Part shown: in pieces, positions 1 to 10,900 of the stretch
Layout of the letters: each line of letters starts with the position of its first letter
Numbering within the stretch: the first letter of the stretch is position 1
DNA from: Leptogorgia sarmentosa
Taxonomy: Eukaryota
Length of the DNA stretch: 64,000 nucleotides
Direction of reading: 5' to 3'
Assembly (NCBI GenBank): GCA_964658305.1
Contig: OZ210884.1
Coordinates: forward strand, 1,736,001-1,800,000
Program-made: the position numbers and the translations under genes
Notes under the pieces: generated by a model
The model's database searches: none
Told to the model about the DNA's origin: nothing
What the model saw: only the letters and a program-made list of their open reading frames with translations

Positions 1-787
1 ATATGGCAGGGCTAACACAACAGTATTACATCAATTACTGTGGACCTTTTAACTTCTCCAACATAAATTGATTTTCGAACTTAAATAAAAACAGAAATAT
101 AATACAACCGAAAATCAGAAAAATCTCACATCAATCTCGGCACTCGATGATTTAAAATGCCTAAAATGCAAACGTCAGTCGAGATTTCGAGTTAGATATT
201 TCGAGTTAGATACATGTTCGCCACATTCACAGTTCACAATAGGGGGACTTATAGCTACGACAAAATAACTCGCGACTTTGAATCACACAAGATGCGACTA
301 TCGTCCGACCTAAACACGCCTATATAGCCTAAACGGTATAAAATGCGTGCATGCGTGTCTTGGCTAGACAGTCTCGTATAAATACACCAAAATGGTCAAA
401 GATGCATCGCGACATATTTACTATTTTATTTTTAAAAGTACGTTGTTTTCAACATTGGTGGAAGTAACATGTTGTAGGCCAATGTGGGCGGGCTCTTTTG
501 ATCGGACGAACTATACCTTAATTTAATACAAGCAAACTAACCTGGTCTAAAATCATCTCCATTTCATTTGAACAATCCGGTGGTTATTCCTGCTATGTTT
601 TTTTTGTTCTTTAGGTTTCCTATTACATTCATGAAAGTTCTGTCGGTGGTGACTTAAGTCGAGTGAAAAGTGTCGAACGAAAGGGAACGAGAGACTCGGA
701 TTGGGATTCAGGATACGGTAGTGACTCGGGTGGCGGCGGGACAGTGGGGATGCTAAGGTAGGTAAAACGATCATTTGAAACATTTTA

Positions 788-1437
788 GTCCATAGATATA
801 TGTTATTTACCGGCTGGGAGGTCCGTACGGACCGACCTAAACGGTGAAAAATAGATTTATTTTTCTCTCCTCGATGTTATGATAAAATTCGTCAAAAATT
901 CCAGTGTTGCGTAGTAGATTTTGAGATCAGTTTGTTTGTTTACTTTGCTACTCAATCGCAAGTATGGCTGCTGAACAGCCAAGACGAAGTGAGAAAAAAC
1001 CCTTCAATATTTAGACGCATTTTCTTCAATATTCACGCTCTTTCACTCAAAATTAAAATGAAAAAGGTGGACTTATTAAAATTATTTATTTTCCTGGTCG
1101 TTTCACGATACAAACATGGGTAAAATACGCTTTAGACACCGAAATATTTCGCCGAGAATGTTTTGTTTTGTTGCCATTCTGATGAGACGTGTTTTTGTCG
1201 CTGTAAATACCCCCGAAATAACCCTTAGCATAATAAAATGAACTTTCATGTGTTCTTTATCGCCTAAATTCGTTTTGAATGTTTTAATAAGCGGCCATTC
1301 AATTTTAAAAAAACAAAAACATTGACTATATTTCTATTTAATCTACGAGAATGCGAGCCGTCCGTACGTAGGATACGGACCTCTCGCCAACCAATCAGAA
1401 AGCTCTATTTAGGTTACGAACCTGGAAAAAAATAATT
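788..1437. mobile_element. Non-autonomous interspersed repeat; inverted copy at about 29885-30643, related fragments at about 13085-13535 and 5215-5345
   Basis: Extended reverse-complement similarity to 29885-30643 (e.g. gttatttaccggctgggaggtccgtac vs gtacggacctcccagctggtaaataac). The copy here lacks the internal palindrome. Confidence 0.8.
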
Positions 1438-1932
1438 TATGATATTATAGAATGTTCATATTAATTATGTGATGCGAATTGCCAAATCTTCCATATTCAT
1501 TGCTTATTTTTACTCGCTAGACAAATCGACAAACGATTTGGTGTCGTTACATCATTCCAAGGCACTTACGTATCCAATCGATGGTCAATTGAATTGTCTA
1601 ATGATACTAATGTTGGTAGGTTTGTCTAGATGTTTTCAATTTTTTTTCACCCCCTAAATTGTTTTTAGTGTTTATGGTGAGACTGTTGAGACTGTGAGGT
1701 GTAATTATAAGGGAATTATAATTAGTAAAACAGATTAAACGTTCGCTGACCAAGATGCCCTTGTTGTCCCTTGTTGTCGTTTTAGAGCTTTGGGCATGTG
1801 TGGATGCGTCGATGTCTCTGTGTTGTACCACAGAAATGTTTCAGTCTTTCTTTATATTTAATTAATACGCTCCTTTCAAAGGCTCCATAATTAATATGTA
1901 GCTATATACCCAATATCTTCATATAGCTACAG

Positions 1933-2291
1933 CTCAAGGAAGTTCTCCAACGCCGGCGTCGTCCTCAAACAGCAGCATCGAGATCGTTGTAGGAATCACA
2001 GTTGCTGTTGTGGTTGTTGTTTCAATAGCGAATGTTGCCGTTTGTCTCCTGTTGAAACGGAAAGCAGATAAAAAGAGCACGGGAATAATGGCGAAGCAGG
2101 AAAACAATGGCAATGGCAATGGCAACGTTTCATCAGAAACCAACGAATTAGAAGAAATACCTAATCCAGTAAGTGAGTACAAAGAACCATCAGCATATGC
2201 ACAACTTGACAAATCCAAAAGAGTTCCAATTGATGAAAATTATGAAAGTTTGGGTGCCGTAAATCGTGTGGAACTGGAGACCAATTCTTAA
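1933..2291 (+). CDS. Terminal exon of a single-pass membrane protein (TM helix + tyrosine-motif cytoplasmic tail); upstream exons not identified in the window
   Basis: Acceptor tacag at 1928-1932, phase 1. Reads QGSSPTPASSSNSSIEIVVGITVAVVVVVSIANVAVCLLLKRK (hydrophobic stretch + basic stop-transfer), then YKEP, SAYAQL, YESL, stop at 2289-2291. Close paralog at 22300-22652 with the frame preserved through a 6-nt indel. Confidence 0.7.
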
Positions 2292-3859
2292 AAGTATCCT
2301 TTCAAATGTGGCGACGTTGCCAACGAATGCACCCTTCTGGAAAGCATACGTCAGCAAACTCGAAAACAAGGTCGAATCGCTAAGCCGTAGTAATAAATAG
2401 AATTTTTTTTTAGTTTGACCAACGTGTAAACAGAGACGGCAGAGAATGTCAAATATGTTAGATTTTATAACATACTGAGTTTTTGCTAACTGCAGCAAGC
2501 TTGCAGCATAGAAAAAATCAGGCTGTACTAATAAATATACTGGCGATATGATTCAGCCTCGATCGTTTTTAGGTTTACCGACGTATACTTTCCGAAAGAG
2601 TGCATTCGGTTAGGAAAATAGCGTATTAGTTAAACCGTCAGGAGCATTTTTTAAATCAGTGTGATAATGGTTCGCTAAAGTTTAAGAAAAGTTGAAGCAA
2701 ACAGGACAATTTTTCGGGTTGTAAGATTTTCTTGTTTATTTTTGAATAAGCATTTTCCACAGTTATTAATGCATGGTGCAAGAAATTGCTAATAGACATG
2801 TCAAGAATGTGTTAGAGGAGTTATGAATTTCACCATTTTGTGTCCTAATCATTTTTGGACATTTGTGAAACAACAATTAAGAACTATGTATTTAATTAAT
2901 AGTTGACCAAAGTATTTTGCCTACGGTGCATGATTGAGATAGAAAGCAGGCCTTTTGCTTTGCTAACCAAATTAGCCTAGCATTTTCTACGAAAGCCGTA
3001 AGTTTCAGGCAAAAAATTGATTAATTGTATGTTGTCGATGTATTTATGTAACTAGAGATGGAGGCTCATTAGGTGTATGGCATCATAGACATTTCGTAAC
3101 CGGTAAATGTTGTAAATCAGAAATATAATGGACAATTACCATTATACACTAACTTCTGAACTGAAAAACAAAAACGGGACTTCTGGAAGAACATTATTGA
3201 TATTAGTAGCAAAATTGCAAAACAATTATTTGGAATTAAAATTTAAAGGTATCAACCCGCTTCCTACATGATCTTTTCGGTTTGGGCATTTTGTAATGAT
3301 CGGAATGACACAAGTCGCAAGGGGTGGTGGGAGGGGAGGTGCAACAATTTATATGAGGGGCAATAATCTGTATTATTATTTATTTCAAACAATTCAAGAG
3401 TTTTGATTGGTTAAGAGCAGTGCAATAAATCTTCATATACGACATTATGACGTAATTATGTCGTATATTGAAAATTATACGACATTATGACGTCGACTAA
3501 TTTATTCTGCATATGCCAAAAGCGGAAAAATAGTGGGAAATACAAATGGCTTCCTCAAAGAAAGGTTCTTCCAAACGTTTATATTGAGTTGAAATAAATT
3601 TATTTGATTTAATTCTTGTTTAGCTATGTTGAATCACGTCTGACTGCGACCTTGAAATGTACAACAGCTATAAGAACATTTTCTCTTGTAGTCTGATTGG
3701 CTTATTAAGTCTTGCGAACACTATATTATTGTTCTATTTCCAATACCTTGCAATTGCGTGTTTTTGCAAGCGCTATATACAAATAAATAATAAAACAATT
3801 ATTGAATTCGGTCCTCGTAGGATATGCAGAATTATCCAGGCCTCGGTTTGTGTTATAAC

Positions 3860-4869
3860 CAGGGCCGTAGCTAGACATTTATAGTTGGGGGGGGGGGGGG
3901 GGTGTAGGCCAAAAATTTCCGAATGACAAAAAAATTTTCCGAATATTTCATGGCATACCGAAGCCACGAATGTGTTTACTATCCGGACGAAGCAATAAAT
4001 TATATAGATATTAATAAAAGCCGTTTTTTATTAGTCGCACCCAGAATACCAATCTATCATAATCAGAGAGGCCGCAGAAGCATTTAGATTGTGTAGTGGC
4101 ACTGTGGCATTGACGAAAGGGAAACTTTTGTATATGACCAAAATCAAATTTTATATGGCCCAGAAAACTGTAGCCCAGAAAAAAGGCCCTTTATAATTTT
4201 TACTTTAAAAAGGGGGGGGGGGGGGAGGCACATGCCCCTATTGCCCCAATGATGAAGTAAAAATGTAATAAGTTTCACAACAATGCCATAATGGCTATTG
4301 TTTATTGCGGCAGCAATTGTATATGTTCACTAACGTTTCCACGTAATGAAAACGCCATTCGTGCAGACATGACAAATGTCACAAATTTATTCTTCGGTTA
4401 GTTTTCATAAACCATTTATCAACTAGCATGTCTATGTCCAAACTGCCAGTAATATCTTTTTCGCTGGTTAAATGCTACAATTTACGTTATTATCCACACA
4501 GATAAAAATTACCAGATTCAAAGTTTCTAAGGGTTTTTTGAGAGAATTAAGTCAATTATTGACCAAATACAAACAATAAAAATAAAATACGCATATCTTA
4601 CGCATAGACATATTACAGAGGTAACAAACCGAAAAAGATCTACCGATTTACGATTTTTAAATTGTTTTCCATGTAAATGCCATGATTTCGTAAATCAGTT
4701 TATACTGACTCTTTCTGTAATATTTTCTCTGTTTAAAAATTAAGATTCCGTTATACCTTTATTTCCGTAATTTTCCGAATGGCCAACCCGATTTTCCGAA
4801 TATGTTAATTATAGAAAAGTTGGGGGGGTTAGCCACCCCCCAATACCCCCCCCCCTCGCTACGGCCCTG
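3860..4869. mobile_element. hAT-like MITE
   Basis: TIRs CAGGGCCGTAGC...GCTACGGCCCTG with an exact 8-bp TSD GTTATAAC (3852-3859, 4870-4877); inserted at the centre of a palindrome (3793-4937). Confidence 0.85.
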
Positions 4870-7800
4870 GTTATAACACAAACCTCGGCCTGAATAATTC
4901 CTCATATCCTACTTGGCCTCATTCAATAATTGTTTAATATTCCAATTTTAAAGCACAAGAAGTTCAGTTCGAATTTGGATAAATATCAATGGAATGGGTG
5001 TATGAGACCTCGAACATGAACATGCCATTTCCAATGATCTAGACATCTCCAATCAAATATTCAATGTGGTTTCCTACTGTCAGGATTTAAATGTACCGTT
5101 TTGAAATTGACATCGATCACGAGCGTATAAATATATTTGAACTCCAGTTTTAACAGGGGCCGTGAGTTGGTGAGTAAAAAAATGTTATTACGGATTAGAA
5201 TGATTGACATGATAAAGATAATTATTATATGGTTTTTCAAAATTCTCTATTCTGATTGGTTGACAAGCGGTCCGTAAAAACACATATCCGGACCTTGGTC
5301 CGCAATTTCCGTATCTGGACCGGTGTCCCGGATGTCCGTTCATCAGGCGGGAAATTTCGCTTTGCAAACCAAAACTATTTTTGCTTTTTAATATAATTGT
5401 AGTCATTTTCCTGGACGCTGATTAGCTAAAAAGCTTCAACAACTGTGCGAATTAAACATTAATTACACATGCAGGTGTGTAATTAATTTTTCGAATACCA
5501 CGGTTTCGAGCGGTAAATTTAAAAACAAGTAAAACAACAGTAAAATTTTTGTTTCTCGTATAAATTTGCGATGGATTTTGATTTGTTTGATATTAAAAGG
5601 AAATTACACTTGTTCTCGAAGTATTAATGAAAAAGAAATATTTCGCCAAACACGCGTGCAATTTTTCATTAATACTTCTCGAACCGTGTAATTTCCTATA
5701 CTAATTTTCAAACTTAGAATTTAAAGATAAAAATTTCATACAACTAAATTGTTTTTATTGAGCATGTATATGTCTGCAGTACTCTTACCCAGCAAAACAG
5801 ATGATAGCCGATTTAATTCGGGCGAAAAGCATGCAATTCTTATGCTCAAAGACTCAATTCACCCATATAAAAAACGAAGTGTTGACCTCGTTTGTTCGGT
5901 TAATAAACTTTAGTGCCATTGTAAATGTAATATATAGTTTGCAGTTTTGTGTACTCTGATTTCTAAAGCGAATAAAATGATGTTCTCCATACGCTTGACA
6001 GTCTTTCTCAGTTGAAGATTTAAGATTTATAGTTTAAGTTTTGCAAAGCACAACTTCTTTGATTTGCATGAACTATCTTACATGTATGTATATGACATAA
6101 GACACGATGACGATCAATGACACTATCAGAATATGTTTTGACAATATTATATGGATTTGTAGCCAGTTCTCAACTTAAGTTTGTAATTCAAAAATAACAG
6201 AAAAAAAAAACGATAGAAAAAACAAAGGAACATAAAGGGAAAAATGAAAAATTTGTCAACCAATTTAATTATTACGACACTTGTAGACATACTTACTAGT
6301 TTTTACGAAGATTTACTAGTCTGTGAATATGATTAGAAGCTAATAATAAAATGTGTTTTTTTGTTGTATCTATTTTGGACGTTTGGACCAGTGTTTTTCA
6401 TCTCGGTGAGCAAATGTGGGCCATTCCACGCAATTGAATCTAATTATCGCAAATGCATTGTAAATTTAGAAACCAAAATGTTGTGTGAACTATTTACAAG
6501 AACATTTTTATAAAACGAAAGGTAATCTGAATCAAATTCATAGTATATCGCTCTCTCTCTCTCTCTCAAAAAAGAAATTGTATTATGGCAAAAAACTTAT
6601 TTTAAAAATTTCTTTTCTAAATTTGAACAAAATTTGCACGGCAGCAGATTTGATGGAAACACGGTGGATGCCACATTTGCAATTGCAATTTTCGCCGTCT
6701 GCATGTTGCCAAAACTCACTATTTCCTGAGCTACTGTGCCAGGGACAGCTCGTGAGTACAACTTTCAGAAAACGCTGAAAAAGTACCCTTTTGTTTGAGG
6801 TGAATGGCCCTTTTTGTATTCCCTTTTCGTATTTACGTGCCAATATTTAATTGCTTTTTTCACCGAATCCGCCCCCCCCCCCCCGTCTCACCCAACTCCA
6901 ATGTCATTCCTGCGCCCTTGAAGATATTTTACATGTAATATATAGAGTGCAGTCGTGAAATGTTTCCAGTGAGTGAACAACGCCTGTTAGTCATGTAGGC
7001 TTGCAACATTAAAATTCAAAAATGGAAAGGTGTGTGTATCGTGATTTTCTGTGGTGGCAAGAAGCAATTCCCGATACTATTAATTACCATATTTGAGAGT
7101 CGAGAATATTTCACAAAGTTAATTAATTTTGAACCAAATTTTGAAAACACTAATTGTACAATTAAAATAACATCCTTTTTGTAAGAAGAACTTTTACCTA
7201 TACCCGGGCAGCTTTGTTACCTGATTTATATTACCTTCCAACATGTACTCTTGCGATATCTGTCTCCAAAGCTGTTCTAATTAACGCTGCGGCACCTTGG
7301 TTCTGTTTTTATTTTTCTGTAAAACACAGCCAAAACGCGTACAACTATATTCCGAAGTATTATATTTCCGAAAGCGATCCAGCAACCTCTGCTGCGGCGT
7401 TCCCAAAACTTGTTCATACAAACTGGTTAAAGAATTACTCGTTAAAAAATTAAAAAATTGCAAGTTTGAAATTGTTCGAAATTTTTTGTAATGCCTTTTA
7501 TAGGTTTTACCTTCCAATCAAACAGGTTATATTTTTTTGAGGGGGAAAGGGGGGGGGGGGGGGAGGGCACACACGGTATACCAAATTAAGTTAGCCTTCT
7601 CTTAACATTATAAAACTTACCTGGATGCAAGAGCTGGTTTAGTTCTTACTTCTTACATTGTATTAAATCAAACACCGATACTTCAGTTTTCGATACAACC
7701 GATATATTCATATGTCATAAAAACGCATGCACATGGTACATCAAATTTAGATAAATTAGATGTCAACCACAGTTACAGAGATAAAATTAAAACTATGTAC

Positions 7801-7975
7801 CTGCAAACTAACTACGTAAATATAATTATTGTACGTGGATTGCAAAATTATTGAAACAACTACGTATTAGTCCTACTAGAGACTAATCTTAAAGTGAGAC
7901 AAAATAAATGTTGATTGATTATACTGGCCTTTCAAAGGCGTTTCGTGCACATACTGTTTGAACCTATACTCTGTT

Positions 7976-10900
7976 TTAACGAACAAAGATGTACCCCATA
8001 GCCTGCACTTCCTTGTCGCCATTGTCAGCATTACAAGAACTAAAAGCGCTGTTGCCGCAGCTGTTGACTATGTTCCTCCGGCTGCAGTATCTTCGTTGGC
8101 TGGCATCGATTGCACCAAATCCTATGAAGGAATCTGCTGTCCGACAATCTTTCTCATTATTTCCTATAATGCCGATTCGAACCCGTGCGTGATACTTGTC
8201 ATCAGCAGCAACATTGAACCCTTGCCTTCCACAATATATTTGAAGTGAGGAATCGTCGTACAAAGATTTCCATGTGTTGCGAGGGATGTTAGTTGCGCGA
8301 AATTTTCCGTCTGCCAAGATATCGTACAAAGAATTTGCCTTGTAGCTGATTGGAATGAAACGAAGTGAATTGTTAACTCTCATTCCAACACAAAGCTGAG
8401 TAAACGGTGTGCTCCAGAAAGTTGCCAGTTTAGTTTCCGCGTGATCTAGTCCGGTTTCTCTACAGTTTATTGAGAAACTTTCCATATTGCTCCAGTACCG
8501 AGATGAATAAGAAAATGTTTCCTAAAAAAACGAACAGCACCTTGTTGAATATGTGAATAATATTTATAATCAAATAGAAGGCAAAATTACAAAAATCTGA
8601 TTGGCTAATGAGGAGGGCATTCTTTCTTAATTCCGGTGGCAAAATTACTTGGCTGAAATGCCCTGATTGCATGGCTGAACTTTCAGAATGTTTTTGTGTT
8701 CATTTTAGGTCGGACATTTAATCGCTTCCTCGCAGTATTTGTCGCGTGTGAAATCGACAAATTGAATTATTTTCAAGCAATTTGGTAAATATTTAAGCAA
8801 ATTTATTGAATAATTATAAACCTGGTACCCGAGACGGTTATTTAAGGGTCCACAAAACATTCTGGTTTCCCGAGGGCCCAGTCAATAAGTGCTTTATTAT
8901 ATACCAATCGTCAAAGAAACGACAAAAAAAAGCGGAACAAGTGAACAAAAATACACGAAATATTTTGTTTTGAGATTCACAAAAAATTCGCGCACTTTTC
9001 AGGTCGTCCAAAGGTCGCGTCTTCACGTGATGGCGCACGTGATTATTTTGTTGTTCCCCAGTGAATAACGTATTATCTCCCTCTCTTGCTGATGGGAGGG
9101 AGACAGTCTAATTTCGTCACTCTCACGTGACACGCTCCGACCAATGAAACACAAGAAAAAGGAAACTTTGAGGATTGGTATATAATAATTATCACTCATT
9201 TACTGAGACCGAGGGAAAGATTGTTTTTTGTGGCCCCGAGACCGCCGTTGTTGCCCGAGGCGAAGCCGAGGGCAACAATGGCGGTCGAGGGGCCACAAAA
9301 CACAATGTTTCTCGAGGTTTCAGTAAATAAGTGTTTTGTTATATAGTTTAGTGTCAAAATATGAATGAATTCACCGGTTTAATACTGGAGTGAACTTTGA
9401 AATAAAAAAACAAACATTAAACGGGGACGCCTTACGCCGTAAATGTTCGATAAATTTGAAAAACATCGTACGATTGAATGAACTTTGGACTTCACGGTTG
9501 ACGCGCATGCGCATTATGCCCAGTTAATTGTTTCCCGGTCAATAATTTTTTGATTTTTGACCGGTTGGCGAACATGACGTTTTGTGGACCGGCACGTGAT
9601 ACGGTTTTGTCCAATCAGAAAACAGGAAAATTGAACTTTGACACCAACTATATAACAATACTAGAATATTACTAGAATATAATTGCATTGAGCATAGAAT
9701 TCTTGATTTGAGTAAGGTGGGCGAGGGATTGGTAGTCATGTAATTTTGATTTTTGATCGTTGGATTTTGCAAAAATTATACTGTCGACGTGACTATGCAT
9801 TGTCTATAATTTAAGTTATTCAATTACTTTTCGAAACTATCTATCTATTATCGTTTTTTGTCTTTTATTTATTTTCCTTCTAAACAAATTAATAACTCGC
9901 AGTGCTTGTGTCCTGCATGTACAAGCCACCATTTTATACATTAATTCGTTCCGTTACATCTCATTCCTGCGGGCCATATGCATGCATGTGCCCCAAAAGG
10001 ACATGCTCAACCTTGGTGTTTAACAATCACTAACAAATACACAGAGCGATGAATAGTCTATGTGAGTGGATATATGACTACTTGAAATCGTCTCATTCAA
10101 TGAAATAATTATGAATAACCTTGTTTCCGTCGATTTTCATCACCATTGTCCATCCACCGCCTGAACATCCTTCTATTGGTGTCATATGACAATAAACGTT
10201 GGTGAAATTTGTGGATGTTTTAGCTTTAATACGATAGACACCATCTTGGGCCTGCCTGAAAAGTCGAATCATTAAAAAACTAGTTGCAACACAGCAGCCT
10301 TACAATAGAAGAATGACATTTGCCACGTACAGACCGGGCTTTAAAACATGTTTAACATAATTAATTCTTTGAAAGTTTGCATGGTGCCGGTGATGTTAAT
10401 ATTAATTTATAAAGTTTGTAGTTTACACCACGTAATTTCATTATTATTATATTATTATTACTATAAAAAAATTACGTGGTGCAAACTAGAAACTTTATAT
10501 AAATATTTAATATAGCTGCTGTCAACTTTGCGAACTGTTTCCTTTTTTCTATGGTTGAGCTAGCTATATACCGTAGAATGGACGAAAAATTCCGAAATTT
10601 AAATTTTTAAAAAGCCAGCCATCGTTCACCCGTTAAACAAAGACCTCAACGGGTAGTACCCGATATTTCTCAATTGAGAACATGGGTAATGCCCACGCTG
10701 GACTATCGTCTAAGTAGCCTGGCCTGGTAAATTATGAATAGTGATTGCCCGGGTCTATAATCATATGCATTTAGCCACGCCAGAGTGGTGAGCAGCGAGC
10801 TCGATTTAGCTCAAGTGGTAAGGCGCGCGGTGCGTGCGTTACAGTTCTATAGTTCAAGCCCCAGTTCGACACATTTTTTCAGCGTTGGTGATGAAAACTT

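Larger units (their letters stand above)
1845..8521. repeat. Segmental duplication, copy 1 (paralogous to about 22210-26870)
   Basis: Collinear direct homology covering the TM exon, the intergenic region and the last exon of the secreted gene. Copy 1 has about 2.4 kb of extra nested repeats (about 3371-5772); copy 2 has an extra ~440 bp (about 22669-23108). Confidence 0.9.

Noticed and set aside
1934..2218. Minus-strand ORFs at 1934-2218 and 22301-22579, and plus-strand ORFs at 7958-8248, 26309-26599, 54975-55853, 57993-58569
   Set aside because: Antisense shadows of real exons on the opposite strand.
6485..6843. ORFs conserved between the duplicates (6485-6843 vs 24858-25302)
   Set aside because: Frames and lengths differ between the copies because of frameshifting indels. 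Similarity reflects the DNA duplication, not coding constraint.
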